The notes under the pieces: model-generated
Seen by the model: the letters and a program-made list of their open reading frames with translations, nothing else
The model's database searches: none
Told to the model about the DNA's origin: nothing
Part shown: piece by piece, positions 48,271 through 57,811 of the stretch
Layout of the letters: every line of letters begins with the position of its first letter
Numbering within the stretch: position 1 is the first letter of the stretch
Assembly: GCA_037191015.1 (NCBI GenBank)
Contig: JBBCKD010000004.1
Location: forward strand, 4,013 to 68,012
From: Spirosomataceae bacterium
Lineage (GTDB): Bacteria; Bacteroidota; Bacteroidia; Cytophagales; Spirosomataceae
Length of the DNA stretch: 64,000 nucleotides
Direction of reading: 5' to 3'
Position numbers and translations under genes: made by a program

Positions 48271-50442
48271 ATGCGAAACATCTTCTATTTATCTATTCAC
48301 TTATGCATAACATTTCTTCAGACTAGTCATGGATTTGCTCAAACCGACTTACAAAGTCTTGAAGATACGACTTTTCACCTGCCTGAAATACATGTAGTGG
48401 GACATTCCAGAGACCAGCTATTCAGGGAGATTCCCGGAGCGGTAACAGTTATAAGCAGCAGGGAGATCAGGCAAATGGCACCTTTACAGACAGCCGACGT
48501 TCTTCGAAAAGCTTCCGGAGTTAACGTAATCGACGAGGACGGAGCCGGCCTGCGTACGAACATAGGCGTTAGGGGCCTTAACCCGATACGCTCCAGCAAA
48601 GTACTGGTGCTTGAAGACGGCATCCCGGTGACGCTCAACCCGTACGGAGAGCCCTCACTCTATTTTAGCCCGATTATTGAAAAAATGGAAGGTGTGGAGG
48701 TGCTCAAGGGGAGCGGTCAGCTTCAGTTCGGCCCGCAAACCATCGGTGGTGTAGTCAACTTTATTACCGCCCGCCCTCCTCAGACGCTGGAAAACAGGAT
48801 TCGTGTAAATGCGGGAAGAGGTGGTTATTTTTATGGTTCTGCCAGCCATGGCAATACGGTCGGAAATGTCGGGTACCTTGTAAATGTTAATCATAAAAGA
48901 GCAGACCAACTCGGCCCCCTGGGATTTAAGGTGACCGATGCTTCGGGAAAGCTTCATTACCGTCTCAGCGATCGCTCGGCAGTAGGAATAAAACTGGGCT
49001 TTCACGATGAAAATTCAAATTCGACCTATTTGGGAATTACCCAGGACATGTACGATCGCAACGATAACATCCGAACTACAATTACACCCGACGATCTGAT
49101 GCTGATCCGAAAAGTGAACGCAAGCTTTGTCCACAACTACCGTTTCAACGATCGCGTTGATTTACAGACAACAGCTTATGGCTACACTATTCGAAGGGAC
49201 TGGCGGCGGCAGCAATTCACAAGGAATGGCCCTAATGCGAATTCGAGCGGCGTGGTTTGGGGGAACCCCAACCTGACTGACGGAGGAGCCATTTTTATGA
49301 GCAACCGAACGGATTGGCGGAACCGCCAGTACCAGGTGGGGGGCCTGGAATCGAAACTAAACGTCAGACATCGCCTGTTCAACAGCGAAAATAAGCTCAA
49401 AACCGGACTGAGATACCTGAAAGAAATAGCCACAGAGCAGTTTGTACAGGGCAGCAAGCCGGACTCCTGGGGTGGGAACATGCGTGACAATGAAATTCGT
49501 TCCGGCTCAGCGGTGAGCGCCTTTATGATCAATAATACACAAGTAGGTAGTAAGCTTTCTCTGGAATATGGTTTCAGAATAGAGAACTTTGACTTTGACC
49601 GCCGCATCTATAGAGGGCCGTTTACCATAGATGGAGCCAGTGTAGTGCGGGATACGATTGTGGAATTCAATCGCAACACATTTGCATTTTTACCCGGCTT
49701 AGGCTTTAACTACACCGCTTCTGATCGGTTATCGCTGTTTGGCGGAGTGCACCGCGGCTTTGCACCTCCAGTAGTGAAATCTGCCATTACAGCTACCGGC
49801 GCTGCAAGTGAAGTCGACAAGGAGGTAAGCACTAACTACGAACTCGGCGCCAGGTTTGCGATACGGGATTATTTTGTATTTGCTCCGACCTTGTTTTACA
49901 TCGATTTTGAAAACCAGGTTATTCCTGTGACGCTGGCCACGAGTGCAACCGGAATTGCAAACGGAGGAAGAACGCGTCATTCCGGCATAGAAGTAGACGT
50001 CGAGCTCGACGTTGCAAAAGCCACAGGTTCAAAAAATTCCCTTGTACTGGGAGGCAATGTAACCTATACGGTTGCACGTTTTAATGGCGACGATGTGATA
50101 GACAACCTCCTACCCTATTCTCCTAAGCTCATTTTTAACAACAGGCTGTCGTTGAGTTTGTTAAACGGGTTTGGCTTTGCATTCTTCGGAACTTATGTCG
50201 GAGAGCAGTTTGTCGACAATCTCAGTACTGTTACACCTTCCAGGGACGGAACAGTCGGAAGGATAGATGCACGATATATCCTGGATGGGAATATCTCCTA
50301 TACGTTTAAGAAGCCCAACTTGACCTTAAATATCGCAGGAAAAAACCTGTTGAATACAAAGTACATTACATCCAGAAATCCTCAGGGTATCAGGGTTGGG
50401 TTAGACCGGTTTATCACGGCAGGATTCGATTTCAAATTCTAA
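48271..50442 (+). CDS. FecA-like TonB-dependent iron receptor
   Basis: EDGAGLRTNIGVRGLNPIRSSKVLVLEDGIP...PYG plug signature; C-terminal FDFKF. Confidence 0.88.
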   Translation: MRNIFYLSIHLCITFLQTSHGFAQTDLQSLEDTTFHLPEIHVVGHSRDQLFREIPGAVTVISSREIRQMAPLQTADVLRKASGVNVIDEDGAGLRTNIGVRGLNPIRSSKVLVLEDGIPVTLNPYGEPSLYFSPIIEKMEGVEVLKGSGQLQFGPQTIGGVVNFITARPPQTLENRIRVNAGRGGYFYGSASHGNTVGNVGYLVNVNHKRADQLGPLGFKVTDASGKLHYRLSDRSAVGIKLGFHDENSNSTYLGITQDMYDRNDNIRTTITPDDLMLIRKVNASFVHNYRFNDRVDLQTTAYGYTIRRDWRRQQFTRNGPNANSSGVVWGNPNLTDGGAIFMSNRTDWRNRQYQVGGLESKLNVRHRLFNSENKLKTGLRYLKEIATEQFVQGSKPDSWGGNMRDNEIRSGSAVSAFMINNTQVGSKLSLEYGFRIENFDFDRRIYRGPFTIDGASVVRDTIVEFNRNTFAFLPGLGFNYTASDRLSLFGGVHRGFAPPVVKSAITATGAASEVDKEVSTNYELGARFAIRDYFVFAPTLFYIDFENQVIPVTLATSATGIANGGRTRHSGIEVDVELDVAKATGSKNSLVLGGNVTYTVARFNGDDVIDNLLPYSPKLIFNNRLSLSLLNGFGFAFFGTYVGEQFVDNLSTVTPSRDGTVGRIDARYILDGNISYTFKKPNLTLNIAGKNLLNTKYITSRNPQGIRVGLDRFITAGFDFKF

Positions 50443-50653
50443 AAAGATATCTCCACTCTTGTTAAAATGGAAGCAATCACTTCATATCCGGCATCTTTTA
50501 CCTGGAAATAAATTACGTAAACACAGTACTTGATTCACATTTTCAGGCGTTATCTAACCATCCAAAGCAGCAAAAAATCATCTCTACTCATGCTGATTTT
50601 CTTTATTCCCTGGTATTTCATACGCTGTATCTGAACATTAATTCTGATTCGAT

Positions 50654-50932
50654 ATGAATAATCTTTGCTCTAAAGAAATCAAAAGAAGACGTCATAAAAC
50701 ATCACCAAAAAGAGAGATTGTAATAGCAGCACTTTCGAATTTCCAGCATTACATCACCGCTGAAGAACTCTGGCTTTCTATTTGCGCAGAACACAAAAGG
50801 TTCCCGATAGGAACGGTTTATGTGTCATTGAACTGGATGAATCGTCATGGAATGGTCCTTCTAAAATCAGGTGATGGAAGGATGCGTAAATACCTTTTCC
50901 AAGGTACTAACTCCGTACATGTTAAGAGCTGA
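50654..50932 (+). CDS. Fur-family N-terminal winged-helix-only protein
   Basis: TSPKREIVI...ITAEELW...IGTVYVSLNWM; ends before the His-rich metal/dimerisation domain. Confidence 0.7.
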   Translation: MNNLCSKEIKRRRHKTSPKREIVIAALSNFQHYITAEELWLSICAEHKRFPIGTVYVSLNWMNRHGMVLLKSGDGRMRKYLFQGTNSVHVKS

Positions 50933-51303
50933 TCATCCGAATCTCGGAGAAACACATGCGGTTTAACAGGTGTGGTTATAGAAAGATCATAGCAGCCGGA
51001 TAGATCCGTTTGGGCAAATACTAACAGTATCCTAAAACCTATCCCTGCTGTAAATCACTGGCGAACAATGAAGAGACTAGTTTCAATATAACCATCTTCA
51101 TTAATCATTTGACAGTATGAGTCCTCTTACTTTCGAATATGCCCAGCACGGGATTTTTGAAGTTTGTCAACAAGTATGAACATCCGATCAAGACACTGGA
51201 AGAATAGACAGAAAGTTTCTTTGAAATTTAAGATCGTTGGTAAAGAAGGAGGTAATTCACAGATAGAAATCAAGATTTATATTGGTTAACAATGAGTAGT
51301 GAC

Positions 51304-51338
51304 AAAGACCTCTTCCGGAATCTGGAAGAGGTTCTTTT
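51304..51338 (+). terminator. terminator-like hairpin
   Basis: AAAGACCTCTTCC-N7-GGAAGAGGTTCTTT followed by T. Confidence 0.55.
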
Positions 51339-51413
51339 GCAGTACAATCTCTTGGCGCAACTCAAGAACGCAGTATTCCCCACTTCGGAGGTCAACCAAA
51401 ACCTTCTTTCTAC

Positions 51414-51829
51414 TTGCCAAGCTGGAAAAACAGACAATTCAATCTTAGCGGGACGATAGATCTTGGCAGAACGTTATTAGAAACGACAGAAAGCATTCAG
51501 CATTATCTCTGGACACGTATTGTAGAAAAAACGGGGAAGGCCGGGATGGTAGCCGGTATCGGATCTTTATGGGAGAAGATCCCCAACCTGCCTGATATCA
51601 GACCACAATATCTCCGCACTCCAAAGCTAAATCCCTCTCTTTCTGTGAATTATCTCACAGAAAAAACAAATTACTTTTTTCAGGGTGATGTACTTCATCA
51701 GAAAGTGCCTAACAAAAACGAACTAAGTGACCGGGTCTACGAGGACGGTCGGGTTGTAAAGCAGCAATACCTGGAAAACCGGTATCAGACTAGCTTTTCG
51801 ATTAAAACAGGCTTTGACTTCTTTCCTAA
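51414..51829 (+). pseudogene. internal fragment of a TonB-dependent/outer-membrane beta-barrel receptor
   Basis: GSLWEKIPNLPDIRPQYLRTPKLNPSLSVNY...FFQGD beta-strands; no signal peptide, plug or C-terminal F. Confidence 0.6.
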
Positions 51830-52521
51830 GGTGCTGATAGGGCGGCCTATGGATGGGCAAGGCCTCGGCGTTGGGCAAGGGTTATAGCGCAAGAACCCTC
51901 AGAGATTACAGGCAGTTTTATTTGACTTTTTCGAATTGGGAAGATTTGGCGCACGGCGTGCCAAGTCAAACTGGTCACATATCCGGCTGATTATGAGGGT
52001 GTCTGACAAAAAATCTCGCTTATACTACCTTAAAGAAGCTGCCGGGAATAACTGGGCAGTACGTACCCTGGAGCGGAATATCAACACCCTTTATTATCAG
52101 CGCCTTTTATCATCCCAAATGCAGGATGTCGTAAAAGATGAAATGCAGGAGAAAGCAAGCACCTTTCAGCAGGACAAGAACGACTTTATTCGTAACCCAG
52201 CGGTGTTGGACTTTTCAAAAATGCTTTATCATTGTAGAGCTTAAGACCAATAAGATAACGCATCAGGACATCGGGCAACTGGATATATATGTCAGAATGG
52301 TTAATGATCTGGAAAAGTGGGAGGGCGATAATCCAACAATTGGTATATTGCGAGGTACCGAGACAGACCGTACTATTGCGAGGTACTCTGTGCTCCATGA
52401 GAACAAGCAGCTCTTTGCCAGTAAATACTTACCCTATTTACCAACAGAAGAAGGGCTGATAGCGGAGATAGAGCGGGAAAAGCAAATTATTAAACAACTA
52501 TCAGATAAGAGTCAGACCTAG
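51830..52521 (+). pseudogene. YhcG/DUF1016 PD-(D/E)xK nuclease, fragmented
   Basis: Segments GADRAAYG | LGKGYSARTLRDYRQFY | NWSHIRLIMRV...RTLERNI...IRNPAVLDF | KCFIIVELK...DIGQLDIYV...NPTIGI...FASKYLPYLP, joined by frameshifts. Confidence 0.85.
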
Positions 52522-52524
52522 GTT

Positions 52525-53262
52525 ATGGAGAGTAAATTAGCTGTATTGATAGATGCCGACAATGTACCCTACGCAAATGTCAGGGAGATGATCGAGGAAA
52601 TTTCCAAGTACGGTACTCCTACAATAAAGCGTATTTATGCTGACTGGACTAAGCCGACAGTGTCGGGATGGAAGAATGTTCTTTTAGAGAATGCAATAAC
52701 CCCGATTCAGCAGTACAGCTACACCACCGGTAAGAATTCGAGTGATAGTGCTCTGATTATCGATGCAATGGATATCCTGTATTCCGAAAAAGTGAATGGT
52801 TTTTGCATTGTGTCCAGCGACAGTGATTTTACAAGACTTGCCACCAGGCTTAGAGAAGCTGGTATGACTGTGATAGGTTTTGGTGAGAAAAAAACGCCTC
52901 AACCATTTATTTCGGCTTGTAATAAATTTATTTACCTGGAAATATTAAAAGACGAACCTACTGAAGTCAGGAGTACCGGAACGAAGAAAAAGACTGCTGC
53001 TAAAAAAGAGCCTTTGAATAAAATAGATAAAGGTACAATTTCCTTAATTGTTGAAAGCGTAAATGATCTGGCCGATGAGAGCGGGTGGACCTTCTTAGGC
53101 AACCTGGGTAGCTTTATCTTAAAAAAGAAGCCGGAATTTGATCCTCGAAATTATGGGTTCCCGAAATTATTACCATTAATAAAGAACTTAAACAAGTTCG
53201 AGATTGACGAAAGGGAGTCGGGACAAGGTAAGATCAGGCATATTTATTTAAGGTTAAAGTAG
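52525..53262 (+). CDS. NYN (LabA/DUF88) ribonuclease with C-terminal OST-HTH/LOTUS domain
   Basis: LIDADN, KNSSDSALIIDAM, VSSDSDF acidic residues intact; FDPRNYGFPKL. Confidence 0.92.
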   Translation: MESKLAVLIDADNVPYANVREMIEEISKYGTPTIKRIYADWTKPTVSGWKNVLLENAITPIQQYSYTTGKNSSDSALIIDAMDILYSEKVNGFCIVSSDSDFTRLATRLREAGMTVIGFGEKKTPQPFISACNKFIYLEILKDEPTEVRSTGTKKKTAAKKEPLNKIDKGTISLIVESVNDLADESGWTFLGNLGSFILKKKPEFDPRNYGFPKLLPLIKNLNKFEIDERESGQGKIRHIYLRLK

Positions 53263-53378
53263 TTTTTGAATACTCCGTGGATATAACCATTTGGGGAAGG
53301 TCGCGCTATACAATTAAAAAGAATCTGAGATAGGAATTAGTTGCTATCTTCAATTTCGACTTCTCATAGAAATGCGCT

Positions 53379-53512
53379 TATGAGTTTTACTCATATCAGA
53401 AGCTGATCTAATAGGACTGCTTAGGTGCAGTTGCCAGAAACCCCCTACAATTGTACTAAAAAGGCATTTTTTTCTTACATTAAGGAAATAACATGGCCTT
53501 TTTTTATATTTG
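53379..53512 (+). promoter_or_regulatory. promoter region of the IbrAB-like pair
   Basis: -7 box TATATTTG (53505-53512); palindrome TATGAGT-TTT-ACTCATA (53379-53395); AAAAAGGC/GCCTTTTT inverted repeat (53458-53503). Confidence 0.5.
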
Positions 53513-53531
53513 ATATTACTAAACCATTGAT

Positions 53532-54731
53532 ATGTACAAGAAATATAGAAATATATCCGTGTACGAGGCGACGGTCAACAGGCTTAACTTTGTCTACTCA
53601 AACTTTAAGAAAGTATACGTTTCTTTCAGTGGAGGAAAAGACAGCGGAGTCATGTTGAACCTGGCAATAGAAACTGCCCGCCGTCATAACAGGTTACCCG
53701 TAAACGTGTTGATCCTGGACCTGGAAGCCCAGTACAGCCATACTATCGATTACATCACGCGTACTGTTCACAGAGAAGAAGTTAATGCCTATTGGGTATG
53801 TCTTCCCATCCACCTTCGGAATGCGGTAAGCCAGTACCAGCCCCATTGGATCTGCTGGGATGAAGACAAACGAGATGCGTGGGTAAGAGATTTTCCACAG
53901 CATACATCAGTAATAAAGGATGAAAAATATTTTCCATTCTTCCGGAAAGGAATGGAGTTTGAAGAGTTTGTGCTGGAATTCGGCGAATGGTTTTCTCAGG
54001 GTCAGAGTACAGCCTGTCTTGTGGGAATACGTACCGACGAAAGTTACAACCGTTACAGAACCATTGCCAATTTTGATAAAGTGAGATATCGAAAAAGGCA
54101 ATGGAGTACACGTATCACCCGGAATTTATTTAATTTCTATCCTATTTACGATTGGAAAACAAACGACATATGGGTAGCCAACGGGAAGTTTCATTTTGAC
54201 TACAACAAAGTATACGACCTGATGTACCTTGCCGGGGTTCCGTTGTCTCAAATGAGACTTTGTCAACCATATGGGGATGACCAGCGAAAAGGATTATATC
54301 TCTATAAAATATTGGAACCGGAAACATGGACCAAGGTAGTCAATCGCGTGGAGGGAGCAAATTTTGGAAACCGTTATTCTGAGAACAACCGTACAGTACT
54401 CGGGAATTTCCGGATGAATCTTCCCGACGGCCATACTTACGAAAGCTACTCCAAGTTCCTCCTTGATACCATGCCCCCTTATCTGAAGGAGCACTACCTG
54501 AAAAAAATCAATAAATTCCTGGATTATTGGAAGGCGCATGGATTTGAGAAAGAAATTCCTGAGACAGCGGACCCCAGATTGGAATCGGACCGCAAAGCCC
54601 CATCCTGGAGAAGGATTTGTAAGGTGCTGCTAAAAAACGATTACTGGTGCAGAGGGCTTTCCTTCTCCCAGACCAAAGGAGAAATGCAGAAACAGTTGAA
54701 TATTTTTATGAAGATACCGCATTATCAATAA
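53532..54731 (+). CDS. IbrA/YbdN-like PAPS-reductase-family PP-loop protein with DUF3440
   Basis: SFSGGKDSG, CLPIHL, GIRTDES, YPIYDW, MRLCQPYGDDQRKGL, SWRRICKVLLKNDYWC. Confidence 0.9.
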   Translation: MYKKYRNISVYEATVNRLNFVYSNFKKVYVSFSGGKDSGVMLNLAIETARRHNRLPVNVLILDLEAQYSHTIDYITRTVHREEVNAYWVCLPIHLRNAVSQYQPHWICWDEDKRDAWVRDFPQHTSVIKDEKYFPFFRKGMEFEEFVLEFGEWFSQGQSTACLVGIRTDESYNRYRTIANFDKVRYRKRQWSTRITRNLFNFYPIYDWKTNDIWVANGKFHFDYNKVYDLMYLAGVPLSQMRLCQPYGDDQRKGLYLYKILEPETWTKVVNRVEGANFGNRYSENNRTVLGNFRMNLPDGHTYESYSKFLLDTMPPYLKEHYLKKINKFLDYWKAHGFEKEIPETADPRLESDRKAPSWRRICKVLLKNDYWCRGLSFSQTKGEMQKQLNIFMKIPHYQ

Positions 54732-54732
54732 T

Positions 54733-55341
54733 ATGATTAGTCGAATAATAGAACAGTACAAGGACGCATCCATTGAAGAGAAGGTGGATGTTTATAACCG
54801 GATAACACAGCAGCTTTATGAGTTTCTGGCAATAGAACATCCTGCCCTTAACGTACAGCTAGTGCCTATAGAACGGGTGGAAGGGAATGAGTATAACCCG
54901 AACAAAGTAGCTCCACCTGAGATGAAATTACTGGAACTATCCATACGCAAAGATGGCCTGACCATGCCGATTGTGGTTGCTTCCGAAAAGAAGGAAGAGA
55001 ATTGGGTCGTCGTGGATGGATTTCATCGGACGGCAGTATGTAAGAATGCATCTGATATTAAGGATGGCTTAAAGGGCTATCTTCCGGTCACCAGACTAGA
55101 TAAAACACTGGAAAACCGTGTTGCTTCCACCGTAAGGCACAACATGGCCCGTGGTACGCACCAGGTAGAGCTATCAGCAAAACTTGTGGCTTTTTTAAAA
55201 CGGAATGATTGGAGTAATAGCCGTATTGGTGAGGAATTGGGTATGGACCCCGATGAAGTTCTTAGACTTAAACAAATAACGGGACTTGCAGAGGCCTTTC
55301 AAGACAAGGAATTTTCGAAATCATGGACACTTGATGCCTGA
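54733..55341 (+). CDS. IbrB/YbdM-like ParB/sulfiredoxin-fold protein
   Basis: NEYNPNKVAPPEMKLL, VVDGFHR, STVRHNMARGTH; 1 nt after the upstream stop. Confidence 0.9.
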   Translation: MISRIIEQYKDASIEEKVDVYNRITQQLYEFLAIEHPALNVQLVPIERVEGNEYNPNKVAPPEMKLLELSIRKDGLTMPIVVASEKKEENWVVVDGFHRTAVCKNASDIKDGLKGYLPVTRLDKTLENRVASTVRHNMARGTHQVELSAKLVAFLKRNDWSNSRIGEELGMDPDEVLRLKQITGLAEAFQDKEFSKSWTLDA

Positions 55342-55365
55342 TATTCTTGGCACTATAAGTTATGT

Positions 55366-57081
55366 CTACAGGTTTAAGCGTCTGAGTTCGTTTACTGCGT
55401 GGTCTACAGCTCTTGCTGTGAGCGCCATATAAGTCAACGAAGGATTCTGTGTGCTGGTCGACGTCATACAAGCTCCATCTGAAACGATAACATTTGGACA
55501 GGCATGAAGCTGGTTCCATTTATTAAGCAGCGAAGTTTCAGGATCTTTGCCCATTCTCACTCCTCCCATTTCATGAATGTCCAATCCTGGAATTCTGTGA
55601 CTGTCGCGCACCCTTATGTCAGAAAATCCTGCCTTCGAGAACATTTCACCGAATTGTTCAAAGAAATCCCCTATCATCGCTTCGTCGTTATCATCATAAC
55701 TAACAGATACTGTTAGAAGTGGAACGCCCCAACGGTCCTTCTGGTCAGGATCGAGGCCGACATAGCTGGATTCTTTTGGGATTGTCTCGCCCATCATGCC
55801 GGAACTCACTTTCCACGAATCGCTGTAAGAAGGATTGAGCATACTGTTTTTAAGACGATGTCCGAAGCCATTCCGGTCAAAAACTACAGGCCGATGTCCG
55901 TTGAAAGTCGCGGCATATCCCCTTAAGAATCCTGTCTCCTGTTTCTTTACATTTCTGAACCGGGGAATATAAGCCGACGCAGGTCTTCGTCCTTGAGTCC
56001 TGTATTCCGGTAGTCCGCGATATTCTGCTGTAACCGAAGCCCTGTAGTTATGGAAGGCAATATATTTCCCCAACAGGCCATTATCATTTCCCAAACCTTC
56101 CGGAAACCTGTTTGATCGGGAGTTCAGAAGAAGAAGGTTGGAATTGAAGGATCCTGCATTCACAAAGATGATCTTCGCAAAATACTCTGTGACATGACCC
56201 GCAAGACCATCAATGACACGCACACCCGTCGCTCTTTCCCGATGATCGTTATATATAATTGAGTGTACGACCGCGTGATGTTTCAAGGTAAGGTTCCCGG
56301 TTTTCATGGCCCATGGTATAGTAGATGAATTACTGCTGAAATAACCGCCGAGGGGACATCCGCGCCTGCATTCATTGCGGTATTGGCATCCCCCTCTCCC
56401 CTGATTGCGGTAGCGCTCATAGTTCCCTGTAATGTGGGCGCAGCGCCCCATGATCACCCTTCTGTCCTTGTAGAGTGCCGCAACACGTTGCCTGAAGTAA
56501 TCCTCGACCGCAGTCAGTTCCATCGGCGGCAGGAACTCTCCGTCAGGCAAAGTATCCAATCCATCCCTGTTCCCCGATACTCCGATGAATCTCTCAACAT
56601 AGCTGTACCACGGAGCGAGATCCTTGTATCTTATCGGCCAGTCAACCGCAAACCCATCCCGGGCGGGTCCTTCGAAATCATAGTCGCTCCAACGCTGCAC
56701 CATCCTTCCCCACATGATCGATCTACCTCCGGTCTGGTATCCGCGTATCCAGCTAAAAGGCTCCGATTGGATATACGGATGTTCCGCGTCCTTAACAAAA
56801 AGATGTTGTTTGTCTTCCGTAAAAGCATGACATCCACTCAGTATCGGGTTCTCTTGTATTAAACGGTCAGTCAGCCTGTTTCGGTGCTCCAGTTCATAGG
56901 GGTAAAGATGAGCGGTCGGATAATCTCTGACATGAACCAGCTCACGCCCTCTTTCCAGAACCAGAGTCTTCAATCCTTTTTCAGTCAGTTCTTTAGCTGC
57001 CCATCCTCCGGTCATTCCGGTTCCTATCACAATGGCGTCAAAATTGACTTCCTTTACCCGGTCTATCGTAAGATCAGTCAT
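55366..57081 (-). CDS. GMC-family FAD oxidoreductase (glycoside 3-dehydrogenase-like large subunit)
   Basis: IGTGMTGGWAAKEL, GGRSIMWGR, IHEMGG, QNPSLTYMALTARA; ATG at 57081 overlaps the upstream stop. Confidence 0.92.
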   Translation of the reverse strand: MTDLTIDRVKEVNFDAIVIGTGMTGGWAAKELTEKGLKTLVLERGRELVHVRDYPTAHLYPYELEHRNRLTDRLIQENPILSGCHAFTEDKQHLFVKDAEHPYIQSEPFSWIRGYQTGGRSIMWGRMVQRWSDYDFEGPARDGFAVDWPIRYKDLAPWYSYVERFIGVSGNRDGLDTLPDGEFLPPMELTAVEDYFRQRVAALYKDRRVIMGRCAHITGNYERYRNQGRGGCQYRNECRRGCPLGGYFSSNSSTIPWAMKTGNLTLKHHAVVHSIIYNDHRERATGVRVIDGLAGHVTEYFAKIIFVNAGSFNSNLLLLNSRSNRFPEGLGNDNGLLGKYIAFHNYRASVTAEYRGLPEYRTQGRRPASAYIPRFRNVKKQETGFLRGYAATFNGHRPVVFDRNGFGHRLKNSMLNPSYSDSWKVSSGMMGETIPKESSYVGLDPDQKDRWGVPLLTVSVSYDDNDEAMIGDFFEQFGEMFSKAGFSDIRVRDSHRIPGLDIHEMGGVRMGKDPETSLLNKWNQLHACPNVIVSDGACMTSTSTQNPSLTYMALTARAVDHAVNELRRLNL

Positions 57082-57706
57082 AAATGTTAACCTTTTCCTG
57101 AGGATCAATTAAAACCTTACCCCGGAATTTTCCGGGCAGCATGGAATAAGGCATGATCTCCGTCATGAAATACTCCGAGGTGACAAATCCCTGTATTGTG
57201 AACTCCTTTACCGTATTCAAGAAATATTTCGCATCGCGAATGTCACGCCACTCCAGGTGTCTTCGTGAGGCCTCCGCTTCTTCCATTCCCAATACCACCC
57301 GGAAAAAACTCTCCCAGTCCAGACACGTGAATTCCCCAGTTTCCTTTTGACATACCATTCTGCCGAGAAGATGCAAAGCTCTCAACCCACTAGTAAAATT
57401 TGTTCTTTCCTGCTGATCTAAACAGTCATTCGCCATAATCATCACGAAATCCTCCAACTTCAAATCACTAGCCCCTTTTACATCATCTCCGGTAGGAATG
57501 ATGACCGTGCAAAGTCTCTGAACCAATTCTTTTTCCCTTCCCGTAATACTCAGATCGCTATACGCGGGAAAATCTTCCGATTGTGAAAAACGGTTACAGC
57601 CGGGTACCAACGCAGCACCTCCCATCATTATTGTCAAGTTTCTGAGTACTACACGTCTTTTCATCTGTATAAAAAAGCTATCAGAAGTCGGTATCAGCTT
57701 ATTCAT
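57074..57706 (-). CDS. gluconate 2-dehydrogenase subunit 3-family protein (TAT; start probably 57664)
   Basis: MKRRVVL...LVPGC signal; VIIPT..GA, KEFTIQGFVTSEY. Confidence 0.82.
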   Translation of the reverse strand: MNKLIPTSDSFFIQMKRRVVLRNLTIMMGGAALVPGCNRFSQSEDFPAYSDLSITGREKELVQRLCTVIIPTGDDVKGASDLKLEDFVMIMANDCLDQQERTNFTSGLRALHLLGRMVCQKETGEFTCLDWESFFRVVLGMEEAEASRRHLEWRDIRDAKYFLNTVKEFTIQGFVTSEYFMTEIMPYSMLPGKFRGKVLIDPQEKVNIYD

Positions 57707-57811
57707 CGACCGGTTTGTGTGCTGATTTCTGCCGGCTCATGACAATTTCATGTGTTTAAAATTGTATATGATGATTAGATGATGCGTTGCATTGAAACTT
57801 GGGGTGAGCTC

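Noticed and set aside
51060-51290. Possible degenerate gene fragment (…KYEHPIKTLEE*…KFKIVGKEGGNSQIEIKIYIG*)
   Set aside because: Interrupted by stops and not assignable to any family without a search
53532-54731. Assigning the PP-loop protein as CysH of sulfate assimilation
   Set aside because: It has the DUF3440-type C-terminus and ParB partner, lacks the CysH ECGLH end, and no cys genes are nearby
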